A program made the translations under genes and the position numbers. The notes beneath the pieces were generated by a model, which saw only the letters and a list, made by a program, of their open reading frames with translations, made no database searches and was not told the origin of the DNA. A stretch of DNA of 63,731 nt, counting the filler, from Hyphochytrium catenoides (lineage: Eukaryota > Protista > Hyphochytriomycota), in NCBI GenBank assembly GCA_900088475.1. It is 9 parts of 9 records of this genome, joined end to end, with 100 filler letters (N's around TTAATTAATTAA, not from the genome) between each part and the next. Parts side by side here need not be neighbours in the genome. Positions count along the whole stretch, not along the records: positions 34,284 to 43,616 come from FLMG01000241.1; positions 43,717 to 54,895 come from FLMG01000520.1; 7 more parts are not named here. One strand, 5' to 3'. Below are positions 40,200 to 52,560 of this stretch, in pieces (position 1 is the first letter of the stretch; each line of letters starts with the position of its first letter).

Positions 40200-43100
40200 A
40201 ACGACGACGTCGCCAGTTTGGACCAACCAAAGGAGGAGGAGGACTGACCGCCACAGCAGTGATCAGTCGTCCTACAATAGAGACGCTAAATGTACGTTCT
40301 GTGACGGGAGGCGTAAGGCGCATAACCCCAGTCGGTCTAGAGTTTGGCGAGGCTTTGGGAAACTTCTTGATCCTTATTAGCCGTTGCTCTTCCTTGGCTG
40401 CTCTGGCCACCACTTTCTTCTTCGCCCACTTACGCTCTGGACAATACCCCACAATTAGCGTCTCTATTCTTGGACGACTGATCGCGGCAGTTATTGTGGT
40501 CCTTTGTGTTCGTGGAACCAAGGTTAGCAAGGGCAGGTAAGGAAGGGGAAGAAGTTGTAAGGGAGCGTACAGTGCAACGTAGTTCGTAAAGGCCTTGAGG
40601 AGTCTCCACAGCAGTAGTAAGAACTTTATCTGTGGCCTTCTCGTAGATCGTAGCCCTACCGGCTTCGAAAATCACATAGACGGGAGATGTCTTTACCCTC
40701 CGGTATACCTCGACTCGGGAGCTACTCATCATATGTGCCCCCGTGGTGACTGGTTGATCTCTTTATCTCCTTCTGAAGCCAACGCTGCCTATATGGGCAA
40801 TAACAGCGCTGCGCCGATTCTTGGCATTGGGACTTTACCTCTTCGTTGTGACGGTGTCTCTTTTGATGTTAAGGACACTCTTCTTGTCCCTTCCCTGTCG
40901 GCCACACTTCTCTCTGTATCTCGGATGGTAAAGACATCTCCCGTCTATGTGATTTTTGAAGCCGGTAGGGCTACGATCTACGAGAAGGCCACAGATAAAC
41001 TTCTTACTACTGCTGTGGAGACTCCTCAAGGCCTTTACGAACTACGTCGCACTGTACGCTCCCTTACAACTTCTTCCCCTTCCCTACCTGCCCTTGCTAA
41101 CCTTGGTTCCACGGCTGTGGCCTCTCCTGCTATTTGGCACCAACGCCTTGGTCACTTATCTATGGGATCTCTTCGGTCGTTTGCCAATTCTGGACACGTT
41201 ATTGGGCTAATTTTTGTGGGAGTTGGGATTCTTCTCTACCTGTTTGTGAGGGCTGTGTCCTCGGCCGTTCTACTCGTCAGCCATTTTCCAGTATCTCTTC
41301 AGATCCTAGACCCTCTGAGCCTCTTGCCAAGGTCTATACTGATCTTTCGGACGTTAATATTCCTTCTCTCTCTGGCTGCCGACATGCTTTTCCTATTACG
41401 GACGCTGCTACCTGGTATGGATGCGTTCTCTTTATTAGGACCAAGGACGAAGCTTTCACTCAGTTCCAAACTTGGCACCGTGAGGTCTGTGCCTTCACTG
41501 GCAAACGCCTCTTGCACTTTCATTCTGATGGTGGCGGTGAATTTGTGAGCAACGCTTTTCGTCGTTATCTTGGCAATCATGGTATCTCTTTCACCTGTAC
41601 TAATCCGCGTTCTCCTCAGGAGAATGGCGTCGCTGAGCGCCGTAATCGGACTCTTTTTGACACTGCTCTTAGCATGTTACATGGCTCGGGTTTACCCCCG
41701 ATTCTTTGGGCTGAAGCTGTGAATACTGCTTGTTATTTGCGGAATCGTTCCCCTACTAAAGCCAACGATGGTGTCAATCCTCATGAGCTTTACTATGGCT
41801 CTCCCCCTGATGTTAGCCATCTCCGTGCTTTGGGCTGTGCTGCCTATCGGCATATCCATAAAGTATTGTGGAAGACTAAGCTGGACCCTAAGGCAGAACT
41901 GTGCGTACTTGTGGGATATTCTACTGAGCGTCGGGCTTATCGCTTATGGCACCCTATCAAACAGCGTATTTTTGTGGAGCGTGATGTCATCTTTTTTGAC
42001 GAGACGCATTTTCCACTCCGACCTCTAAGTCCCCTACCGCCTCCCTCTTCTTCGCCTGAGTTGTCCTTTGCCCCTTCTGCTACTCCTCCTCCTTCTTCCC
42101 CTACTCTGCCTGACTTCTCATCAGCTCCTCCACTTTTAGCCGGACCTTCTTCTTCTCCTTCAGGTCCTCGCCAAGTTTCCTTTCCTGATGAAGTTCTTTC
42201 TGGCCCTTTGGAGGATACCCCTACTATGGACTCGTCATCGGATGTTACTGAGCTTTCTTCTTCGCTCCCTATGGATACGCCAGACGCTCTCTCTCCGGAC
42301 TCTACTTCTTCAACTCCTGTCCCTGACATTGCTAGTCATACAGACACTGCTGAACCTTCGGCACCTACTGTCCAAGCTCTTCGACGTAGCGAGCGTCAAC
42401 GGACTCCAAAGACTCCTGCTTTTGTGGTTGATGGAGTGGTCTATACTGCTTCTGTCTTGCCTTCTGATACGGATTCTATTCCTCTCCCCCCTCCTCCTCA
42501 GTCTCGTGCTGAAGCTATGGCTCGCCCGGATGCGGATCAGTGGGAGTTAGCGATGGCTAGTGAGCTTGCATCTCTTGATGCTCATGGTAGTTGGGATCTC
42601 GTTCCTCTTCCTGCTCACCGCAAGCCTGTCGGTTGTCGTTGGGGTTTCGCCCTTATTAAACTTCACCCTGATGGCTCCATTGCTCGTTATAAGGCTCGCC
42701 TTGTTGCTAAAGGATTTACACAGCTTGAAGGTGTGGACTACAATGCCACGTTCTCTCCTGTTATCTCCTATGAGTCTCTCCGTGTTTTCTCTCTCTTGGT
42801 GCTTCTCTCGACTTGGCACTAAACAAAACATATGGATGTGAAGACGGCCTTCCTTCATGGCCATCTCGATGAAGAGATATACATGACACTACCTCCCGGG
42901 CTCTCTGACACTGATGGTCGCGTCTGTCGTCTTCGGAAGAGTCTTTATGGCCTCAAACAAGCCTCTCGGGCATGGTACACTGTTATGCATAGTTTTCTTC
43001 TTTCTCAAGGTTTCATCTCTTTGACTTCTGAACCTTGTATTTATATTCAACGTGGTGGAGACGATATTCTTCTTATTGCTCTTTATGTAGATGATCTCCT

Positions 43101-43616
43101 TTTAGCTGGTTCTTCCATTCCTCTTATACGATCTCTTCAGGAGCTTTTCTGTTCTCGTTTTGAGATGACCGATCTTGGTGACGCGCATTATTTTCTTGGT
43201 ATGCGTCTTATTCGTGATCGTACTTCTCGTTATATTTATCTCTCCCAACCGCTTTACACCGAACGTGTTCTCTCTCGTTTTGGTATGTCTCATTCTTCAC
43301 CAGTCTCTACTCCTCTCGTCCCGAGTCATGACCTTCTGCCTCTCCCTCACGGCACATCAGAACCTACGGGCTTCTCTCCCTACCGGGAACTTCTAGGTTC
43401 TTTGATGCACCTTATGGTAGTATCTCGACCCGATTTAGCTGCCTCGGTGGGAGTCTTGAGTCGCTTCCAAGCCAATCCTGGCATGGCGCATCTCTCGGCT
43501 GCCAAACGGGTTCTCCGATACCTACGTGGGACTTCCAACTATGGCCTACGTCTCGGCGGTTCTTCTTCGGAACTATCGGCTTTTGTTGACTCTGATTGGG
43601 CTGGAGATAAGACTGA
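40200..43616 (+). mobile_element. Ty1/copia LTR retrotransposon pol (PR-IN-RT-start of RH), frameshifted, truncated by contig end
   Basis: Protease YLDSGATHHM, GAG-pre-integrase WHQRLGH...CEGC, integrase [42 protein letters not shown] and LYVDD, RNase H start FVDSDWAGD. Copia domain order. Frameshifts near 41210 and 42790-42830. No LTR or PBS identified. Confidence 0.95.
40511..41113. repeat. 187-bp inverted repeat (40511-40697 / 40927-41113) with ~230-bp spacer
   Basis: Minus-strand ORF 40430-40732 and plus-strand ORF 40595-41548 share VKTSPVYVIFEAGRATIYEKATDK.LTTAVETPQGLYELR.TVRSLTTSSPSLPALANLGST. About 4 mismatches seen by eye. Confidence 0.95.
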
Positions 43617-43716
43617 NNNNNNNNNNNNNNNNNNNNNNNNNNNNNNNNNNNNNNNNNNNNTTAATTAATTAANNNNNNNNNNNNNNNNNNNNNNNNNNNN
43701 NNNNNNNNNNNNNNNN
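43617..43716. other. Artificial contig linker
   Basis: TTAATTAATTAA at 43661-43672 between N runs. Confidence 0.97.
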
Positions 43717-43894
43717 TCCCTCGTGTTGGACCACAAAGCCTTCCTCTGTCTCTTCACCAGGACTCGCAGGCTGAGAGATGTAGAGCCGCGCACATCAGAG
43801 AGGTAGTGAGAGGGTGAGAAGAGAGAAAGAAAGAGGGGGGGAGAGAGAGAGAAGGAGAGAGAGAGAGAGAGAGAGAGAAGAGAAAGAGAGAAAG

Positions 43895-43952
<58 letters not shown>

Positions 43953-44480
43953 AGAGAAGAGAGAGACAGCAGCCGACTCAAAGCAGTTAGAGAGCTTCCA
44001 ACGGCCTCTCTCACCAGTTCAAACTTGACCGCTGCCTGGGCTCCAGGGTCATCAGAGGCCGTGGGACCCCTGCGCCTAAGCAGCTGCGTGAGATCTGCGA
44101 GCTCCAGAAGCTGGTCCTCGGGCCCTAGAGCGGCCTGTCAGTCACGTCAGTGACCCGACGGCGGGAAGAGAAGCTTGAGACTCACCATTGGCGCCTTCTC
44201 CAGAGAGAAATCTGCAGATTATCGGTCGCTGTCCTTGCTGCCATGGCTGCCGAAGGACTGTCAGACCCTGCACTGGCCGGCAGCATTGGAGGTTAAATGG
44301 TGAAGAGACAGGAGACGCAATGAGAGCTCTGAGTCTCCAACCTTCAGTTCCCACGGCAGGAGCGCCGCCCGCGAGCGCCGCAGCAGCGCTCTTCTCATCA
44401 GCTCCAGACCAGGCCGCGGCCGCTCTCCCTTGGGAACAGAGGCAGCAGGTCCTTGGATCCTTGAGTCCGTCTCTCTACTG
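43717..44480 (-). CDS. Hypothetical protein fragment (spliced, runs off contig end)
   Basis: GT-AG-bounded exons join in frame (...LLPWELK|GLTVLRQPW...EGANG|PEDQLLELADLTQLLRRR...VKFEL|PASPGEETEEGF), with a sense-CT intron at ~43770-44005. Confidence 0.4.
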
Positions 44481-45295
44481 CAGGAGGGAAGGGAATGTGT
44501 CGCGGCGGGGAGCTCAGAGGAGGAGCCACGGCCTGATGAGGGAGGAAGCAGTCCTGCTGATGTGCCTCGTTACTTGTAATCTCCCTCTGTCTCTTTCTGT
44601 CTCTCCATCTCTCTCTCTCTCGCGCGCGCTTTCTCTCTCTCTCTCCCTCTCTTATTTTTTCCCTCTCTCTCGCTCCCCTTTCACTCCTCTTCTCTCTCTC
44701 TCTCTCNNNNNNNNNNNNNNNNNNNNNNNNNNNNNNNNNNNNNNNNNNNNNNNNNNNNNNNNNNNNNNNNNNNNNNNNNNNTCTCTCTCTCTCTTTTTCT
44801 CTCTCTCTCTCTGTCTCTCCGCCTCTCCCTCTCCCCTCTCCCTCTCCCTCCCCCTCTGTCTCTTCGGTTCTGATGACACACCGCTAACAGTTAGCCGTTA
44901 GCGGGCAGTGAACAATAATGTCTCTTTGATGTCTGCCAACGCTCCTCCTGCCTCTTCACCGTCGTGTGGGACGCGTTCCTGCACTGTTCGTCTTCATCCT
45001 CCTCCTCCAAAGCGCGCGCTCCTCTGCCATCGTCTCTCTCTCTCTTTCTCTCTTCTTCTTCTTCGTAGGCTTTGAGGATTGGCGGGCTGAGTTGTTTGTC
45101 TATCTATCCAGATCTCTCTGTCTCTTGTCTGCAAATCAGAGCTTCTTCAGATCTCTGTGCCTCGAGCTCTTCGGCGAGAACGAGAGAAGATCGTGGGCGT
45201 CAGCAATGGATCTTTATTGAGCTCCTTTGCTCTTAAGCCTAGAAAGAAAGCGTCCAACATATACAGAGAGCTCGTTTTCGCTGCTGGAAGAAGTG

Positions 45296-46738
45296 ATGGT
45301 CCGCACTCTGTCCGAGGCATTGACGCCTGGCTGGATGATGAGTCTCTTTCTGACCATCAATGTCATCTGTTACCTTGACAGAGGCATCATCCCAGGCGCT
45401 CCGACGAGCTTCACAGCTTTCATCGCCTCCACAATGCGGACAGAGGAGACAGGCGCTCTCTTTGGTCTGCTCAACAGCATCTTCATCGTCGGGTACAGCG
45501 CGGCATCCATCGCTGTGGGGCACTTGGTTCACCTGATGCCGCCGATGAGAGTCATCGGCTATGGATTGGCCATTCACGCGCTAGCGGTTCTAGGCTCTGG
45601 TCTCTCTTATTATACGCAAAGCTATTGGTGTCTGCTGATCGCCAGATGCATCTCTGGCGTGGGTGAAGCTTCTTTCTGCTCTATCGCGCCGACTTTCATC
45701 GATGACAAAGTGCCTGCGCAGTGGAAGGGTCGCTGTATGTCTCTCTTCTATGTGGCGATACCTGTTGGCATTGGCAGTGGCTACATCTTTGCCGGGGCAA
45801 TGGCCACACATTGGGGTTGGCAGTGGGCCTTCTTCTTGCAGCTGATCCCTTTCATCCCTTGCACTGTGCTCTGCTTCTGTCTCGATGAGCTGCAACTTAA
45901 CCATCAGGCGCGGCAACAGGAAGAAGGCCCAAGCATGACAGTTATTGGCGAGGAAGAAGGGAAGAAAGCGCGGCCAGCAGTAGAGAGTCCGCCAGACAAC
46001 GGGACTTTGAGCCTTTCTAAAGATCTGAAGAGTATTCTGTCCTCGCCTCTCTACGTCATGACCGTGCTAGGAGAGGCCGCCTTCAGCTTTGTCTTTGCCG
46101 GGCTAGCTGCCTTTGCCCCGGGGCTAGTGCTGGATCTGGGCTTTTTTGTCTCTGAGGCGGAAGGCTCGCTATACTTTGGGCTGGTGACCACGCTCTCTGG
46201 CATTGCTGGGTCAGTTCTAGGCGGGCTGCTCTTTGATCGGTTCTCTAATGCGCTAAATCCAGGACCAAACCTCTCTGTGGGCCTGGCGCAGCAGGCTTTC
46301 TATGGACTATTCGGCTTCTTTATTATGATGTTCCTGCCCTGGGCTTCATCAGCTTCTCTCTTCTTTCTCACTGTTTTCTTAGGTCTCTCTGTGTGCACTT
46401 CTTCCTTTACTCCTACGCTGTTCGTCATCGTACGCACCGTGCCAGTCAGAGCTCGATCTCTGGCTATCGGTCTGCAGAATGTTCTGCTCCATGTCTTAGG
46501 CGATGTGCCATCTCCAGTGCTGATTGGAGCACTGAAAGATGCCATGGCGCCGTCGAGTATGAAGGTGCCAGGCACTAACCGGTACTCTCCTGAGGGACTC
46601 AAGAGACTTAGGGAAACGTGTCTCATCGTGATCTGTTGGCTGGGCTGGATGGCAGCCTTCTGGGTTGGCGCATACATTTTCTATAGGAAGCAGATGCCCA
46701 AGAAGGTTCGACAAGCCCGACAAATGGCCTCCGTATGA
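45296..46738 (+). CDS. MFS transporter, Spinster-like (sphingolipid/lysolipid transporter family)
   Basis: Intronless ORF of ~480 aa with ~12 hydrophobic segments. Motifs INVICYLDRGIIPGA, ARCISGVGEASFCSIAPTFIDD and HVLGDVPSPVLIGALKD are Spinster-type. First in-frame ATG is at 45296; an upstream exon is possible. Confidence 0.9.
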   Translation: MVRTLSEALTPGWMMSLFLTINVICYLDRGIIPGAPTSFTAFIASTMRTEETGALFGLLNSIFIVGYSAASIAVGHLVHLMPPMRVIGYGLAIHALAVLGSGLSYYTQSYWCLLIARCISGVGEASFCSIAPTFIDDKVPAQWKGRCMSLFYVAIPVGIGSGYIFAGAMATHWGWQWAFFLQLIPFIPCTVLCFCLDELQLNHQARQQEEGPSMTVIGEEEGKKARPAVESPPDNGTLSLSKDLKSILSSPLYVMTVLGEAAFSFVFAGLAAFAPGLVLDLGFFVSEAEGSLYFGLVTTLSGIAGSVLGGLLFDRFSNALNPGPNLSVGLAQQAFYGLFGFFIMMFLPWASSASLFFLTVFLGLSVCTSSFTPTLFVIVRTVPVRARSLAIGLQNVLLHVLGDVPSPVLIGALKDAMAPSSMKVPGTNRYSPEGLKRLRETCLIVICWLGWMAAFWVGAYIFYRKQMPKKVRQARQMASV

Positions 46739-47397
46739 ATAATATCAGCTCTTTTTGACGTCTCCCATGTCCTGCGTCTTTGTTCGCCTTTCTCCCTCTC
46801 GCTCTACACTCGTGCCCTAATCCTTTCATCCACGTCTTCTTACTCCTCTATCTCACTAGGGTTACGCTTTACTTGGTAGCGATGTCAGTAAGAAGAGCCC
46901 AGAGCCATCATAGATGCCTCTCAGCCTGTAGGCTGCCGGCGGCCAGACACTCTATAAGACTAAAGCAAGAGGCTATAGAAGCGAACCCTAAAAGGACAGG
47001 GGCAGACCCCAGCAACATGCGCCACAAGCTGGAGAAGGTGCTGGCGAAGGGAGATAGACAGAGAAAGGAACAGGCAATAAACGCAAAGCTAGAACGAGAA
47101 GAGTTTGTCTGAGAAAAGAGAGAGAGCGCGAGATAAGTAGAGGAGGGTGGAAGCTGGCAGCACGTAGTCCACTGCATTCTCAACAGTGCCACACGTCTAC
47201 AGAATGGACTTGTGCAGCACCAGATCCCCGACATTGTCCGTGGCAAAGGGTCTGCTTTATTAGCAATAAAGAAGAAGAAAGACTTGCCCCTCCAGCGCCG
47301 CGCTGAGGCACCACCCATGAGCATTCTGCCCTCTGGTTTGCACCTCTGTGTGATGTGTACACTAGCCCAAGAATCCGAGACCGGCGAGCCAAACAGT

Positions 47398-47922
47398 TTA
47401 TTCATCAACGTTCTCGGTCTGCAGTCCCTTGAAGGAAGCAACCTCTACGTGCTGGACAAGGGTGTAGAGCTGCAGGGAGAACGTAAAACTCTATCGTCAG
47501 TCGCATCACAGGACAAAGGACAGTGCATCAACGCCTACCTTCTCCTTAGCCTCCTCATCCTCATTGCGTCTGCGAGACAGACGTACACGTACGCGGTAGG
47601 GCACGTTGCGGACGCCCTGGGACCAGAGGAACTTGTTCAGCTTAGTGTCAATGCGCACATCCTTTGTCCTCATAGCCTTCTCAGCGAAAGCCTTGATCTC
47701 ACGGATAGCGCGAGGAGCCTTCTTCTTGAAAGTACTAGAAAGATAGGACGTAGATAGTCATCAACAGAACAAGACATGGCAAAGATTAGCCACCTCAAAA
47801 CACAGTGAACTTCCAGTTTATCATAAGTAGACGTACACGCCATGGAGCCTCTTGTGGAGGTGGATGGTGTAGTCGCGGCTGACTACGTCCGCGGCCTTAG
47901 CCTTTCTGTTGTCCTTTGCCAT
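47398..47922 (-). CDS. RPL31: 60S ribosomal protein L31 (eL31), 3 exons
   Basis: [29 protein letters not shown]|[65 protein letters not shown]|[23 protein letters not shown]. Introns 47735-47836 and 47470-47538. Not present in the supplied ORF track. Confidence 0.97.
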
Positions 47923-48375
47923 CTTGCCGGTTATTAAGTCTTCAGATCACCCGCGGGCTTGGCGTCTGCAGTCTTGGATTGTGAGGGCTCAATGGCGATG
48001 AGAAAGCTTCAGAAGCCCGAGGCAGACAGAGCCGAAGCTGCGCCACTGGCGCGAGTGGTCAACAAGCACTGGCGCGGCGGGTATTATTACGATAACTATG
48101 GTAATAACACGGTGATAAGGCTGTATTACTATTACTACCCATGATTGGTGGAGGCAGTCCCAGGCAAATCCAAAACTCCGCCATGTAGAGGCCATCGGGG
48201 AAATTAATCCACGAGGTTAAATTGCGTAATAGCGGATATTCAATATACAGGATATAGAGTTGTTGTATTTGTGATAAATTGCTTAGAATTTGATCCTAGG
48301 GGAGGTCTGAAATGATTTCATCTGCCAGGTTTTGCAGATTCTTTTTCTGAAGATTTAGCGGATCTTTCTGTTGAG

Positions 48376-50018
48376 ATGACAGAAGAGGTCAGAGTCTTGT
48401 TGAAAGAACCATTGCGGTACAAGCACTGGGCCTTGGGATGAGCCGTCTAGGGGCCTTAGGATGGAGAGGATGTCTTTGGTTGTTTAAACACCCATCTGGG
48501 TGCTCTTGCTCCCTCACCAATGCGGCCCGAAGTATATCATGTCATCGCTCAGCTCTGTCAGGAGTGTATAGAGCACAGGACGGTGCCAAGCTTCCCAGAG
48601 GTTGCGGAAAGGCTAAAAGAGAGTGGTCTAGGTAGAGATTGTATGCACCACATCTGCATATAGCCAAACTTTTCCCTGTCCTGCTAACAAGACCTAAATG
48701 TAGCAGATGCATGGGTGTCCATGGACACCGTGCTGAGCATTCGCGCGACCATCGCTCAGAGACACATCAAGCAGTCATATCACCTGCACCGCCGACCTGA
48801 AGCTTTACAGCTGTACATGGAGAGAGTTCAAGAAGGAGAGACTATCCTACAAGTGGCGCAAAGCGTCAGATTTTCCCCTTACCTTCTAGCCAGGTAAAGT
48901 GGAGGTTCTGCTACACGGCGCCGGGCTGGCCTTCTGGCTTATGTCTCCCTACCAAGACTGATTATAGAGAGAAAATATGATCTTCATGGCAAAGATCTGG
49001 CCCGAGTGATGAGGGATTCGAGGCTTATCATGGACGAAAAGCTCCGAGAGCAGGTAGTTCGAGGCCAAGACTATTCTCATCACGTCCACACGTCTGAGAC
49101 AGTTTTTGGCAGGTGGAGGCGTGTATTGAGCTTGACCAAGACGCATCGCCCTACATTGATACCCTGAAAGGTGTCATAGGAGAAGAGTATGAGACTCTGC
49201 TTTACCAGGAGCTTGAGCTGCGGCATATCCCTTTCGAGTCTGAAGAATCACTAAGGTTAGTCCCAGGTTCTCTCCAATCAAGAGGGCGCCATAACGTGCG
49301 GCAACGGGTGAGGTGTGGGCGGTCACGTTGCACTGTCTTCCCTGTGATATATCTAGCTGAAGCTTGTTGGAGTCTCTCGTGGGCCTGGGGGAAGTTGGCG
49401 GGGAAGAGATCTAAAGGGAGCGAGAACTATAAAGACGCGTAGGAGAGAGGGAGAGAGGCGACTGTCAAGGAACTCTAGAGATGACTGAAAGAGGAGAAAA
49501 GAGAGAGAGAGACGTTGGCTTCTTCCGCCGTCTTTAGTCTGTGCCTTGCTGCTCTCATCAGGGCGCGAGGGGTGGCCAAGACTCCAGACGCCAAGCTTCT
49601 GGTCCCCTTGGGCGTGACTCTGCCTGCGAAGAGCGATGGTCACATAGTGGAAGGGGAAGAAGAAAGGTCCTCAAAGAGCTACGTCGTGAACTGGATTGAC
49701 AGTAAGGCAATGTTTGGAGACTATGAGAGCTACTACGAAGACCACCTTCCACAGGTAAACAGCTGAGGCCTTGCATCTCATAGCTTAGGAAGACGGGCTC
49801 TGACCTGCTTGTGTGCCTCACAGATACGCAGCTATGTGCATAGATTTGGCCCAGGATTAGTGATCTACTGGTTTGACTTCGATGAGAGGCTTAACTCTGA
49901 TCCAGATGTCCTTGTCCTCCGCTCTTTCCCCAGCTCCTACTCCCTGCCAGCGCACGCCGAAGCATCTGGACGGCTAGGCGGAGTCCCAGCTCTCACGTGC
50001 GACATCTCCATACGATGA
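48376..50018 (+). CDS. CDIN1: CDAN1-interacting nuclease 1 (C15orf41 / TPD-domain) homolog, ~7 exons
   Basis: Spliced motifs FSPYLLAR, IGEEYETLLYQELELRHIPFESEESLR|ARGVAKTPD, VNWIDSKAMFGD, Q|IRSYVHRFGPGLVIYWFDF. Start codon is tentative. Confidence 0.88.
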
Positions 50019-51417
50019 CACGGCGCTCTCCAGGTCCCTGGATCTGAGGACAAGGCAAGAAAGAAGACTCTTAACGCTCTTACACATTTCTAGCAAAGAC
50101 CCAGTCTCCGAGCTCTACGTATCAGACTCCCAAGCCAGACGACATAGCGCTAGTGAAAGAATAGTGACCCGATGAAGGCAGCCTGTAAGCCGTGGTACTG
50201 ATGGCATTTCCAGTCCTGGCTGGCCTCCGAAGCTGAGGCTCTTGTGCGCGTGCCCATCTCGCTAAGCTCTCTCACTTCTCTGTCAACCCCCAATCCGAAG
50301 CCGCTGCGCCCTCTCTGCTCTTGGCTCTTTGCCGTGGAAGGAAGAGTTCAGCCAAAGGGAGATCATTGATACACCGAAAGCTAAGATCTGAAGGCACTCG
50401 CAACAATTTGGTTCCTTTCTTTCTTTCTCTCTCTCTCTCGCACCCTCCCACCTCCTCTCTCCTCTTCCTCACAAGCACGGGAGCCCTTTCAGCTTCTCTG
50501 CTTGGTCTACGATCCTTTGTGCAGACAATCGTCCGGGCCAAGAATGCTGGCGGGCCTCGGAAACACTTTCAAAGAAAGGGGAATACCGTTCTCACGGGGT
50601 TCCTCTCAGGCCAGGGGCACACTTTCTCTCTTTCCCTTGCCTTCCTCTCGCGCCTTCCTGGCCGCCTCCTTGCACACGCACACACTTTCTCTCTCTTTCG
50701 CGGTTGATCTCAAAGGTTCTCCTCGTCCCGTTATCGCCCCCTGTGAGCCATTCCTGGACCCGACATACGGAAGAGCCGACTGGTCCCGTATGAGGAGACA
50801 GAGAAATGAATATACGGGACAAAGAGGTCAGACAAATGCGGGAGGCTAAGAGAAACAAGGCAAACAGGAGACCAGGAAAGAGACGAAGAGAGAGGACACC
50901 AAGAAAAAGACAAATAGAGAGGAGATAGATTGGATGAAGTTGCGCCAAAGCAGCTTTGTTTACCTCCCGAGGCTCAGACATTATAGGAAGAGAAGACTCT
51001 TCTCTTAGTCTCTCTTTGCTTTGCAATCTCCACTGCCTCTCTCTCGCGTCTCCCATCAATACTATAACCCTGCGTTAGGATCTTCACGAAGATTGTCTGA
51101 TGTACGTTAGAATATAGGTAAGGGAAGCTCTCGAAAGCATCATGCCCTAGTAATAGGCTCAAAGGACAAGAAGACGGAGAAGAGCGATAAGTGGAGAGAA
51201 GAGAGCTCGGATAAGGGACGCCAGCCGCGAGCCTGGCGCACCACAGAGAGCCTAGCTTAGCGCATGATGGACCCAGCTCCAGCACCACTGCTTTCCTTTA
51301 GAGCAACAACAGACAAGAGGCAGGGCTCCCCAAGGCGTGGCGTCAATGTAACCTCACTGGAGGCCTCACCACCCATACAGCCCATCGATAAGAAAAGGAA
51401 AAGATATATAATTCTGC

Positions 51418-51529
51418 GTTATGTCTCTTGCTCTGTGCTATCGATTCTCTCTCTCTCTCCAGTGCCGGCTGTTATGTCTCTTGCTCTGTGCTATCGACTC
51501 TCTCTCTCTCTCTCCAGTGCCGGCTGTTA
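51418..51529 (+). repeat. Tandem duplication of a ~53-55-bp unit containing a CT tract
   Basis: GTTATGTCTCTTGCTCTGTGCTATCGA(T/C)(TC)nCAGTGCCGGCT occurs twice; the copies differ by one substitution and CT-repeat length. Confidence 0.9.
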
Positions 51530-51872
51530 AGAAAGTGATGCAATGACGACGTTTGGCAGAGGAAGAGAAGGTTTCCCAGTCCGAATGAATATCTTGGTAC
51601 TTCCACAGTGGTCCTTGGCCATAATAACTGCTATGCCAAAGAAGTGGAGGGAGGTAAAGAGAGACCACAAGCTTACGCGGGACAAAGGGCTGACGAGCCA
51701 AAGAAAGAGAAGAAGAAGAAGAGAGAGAGAGAGAAAGGACAAGCAAAGAACAGGCAGAGGAGAGAGAAAGACGCCACAACAGACCAACCCTGGATAAATA
51801 GCTACATTTAACTGCTTAAATGCCGAGAAGAGAGAGAGAGGGAGAGAGAACAATAGTCTTGCAGGAGGATAG

Positions 51873-51903
<31 letters not shown>

Positions 51904-52103
51904 CCCATTTTTAGCCCACTTTCCGGCAGACCATTAGCCTTTACTCTCCCCCTGTGTCTTCCATTCTGTATGGGGCAGCACTGGAGATAGTGCTGCCGTT
52001 CTCTCCCCCTGATCTCTATCCACTCTAATCTTCTGCAGCTATCTCACAGCAATTTTAGATTAGAGAGAAAGAACCCCCAGAAGCTGTGGGGAGAGAGAGG
52101 CGA

Positions 52104-52134
<31 letters not shown>

Positions 52135-52560
52135 GGGAAGAAAAATGCCAACGGGCTTCCTGGTTTCTCAATAGACCGCATCCCTATCCAGACCCTGCGG
52201 CCCTCTCTCTAAGAGAGTAGCATGGCAGCGCTAAACTTGCTGAGAATCTGGAATAATCAGGGCTTGAAAGTTGTTCTTCCTCTTTTTCTTTCTCTCTTTC
52301 TCTGTCTTTGTCTCCCCTCATTCAGGGCAAGAGCTTGTCTCTGCAGGCCTCCCTCACACGCTGTCCGTTAGGAGGTCACCGCTCGGACAGGAGCTGGACC
52401 GCAGCGCGACCGAGAGAGCACACGCCGCTCAACTTCCCTCTTGTAAGAAGTTGCGGCCTAGTCAAAAGGGCGGAAGGACGCAGTACCGTCCTCCTCTTTC
52501 TCTCTCTGTCTCTCCCTCGCGCGCTCTCTCTCTCTCCCCGTGGCGACCGTATATTTCCCG

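Noticed and set aside
39880-40200. LTR/PBS of the copia element
   Set aside because: No TG...CA direct repeat or tRNA-complementary PBS could be identified; the 3' end is cut by the contig boundary.
47212-47757. 181-aa plus-strand ORF
   Set aside because: It is the antisense shadow of RPL31.
50250-51850. Possible minus-strand gene between CDIN1 and the zinc-finger gene
   Set aside because: Exon-like pieces are present, but I could not join them into a consistent frame or recognise a family.
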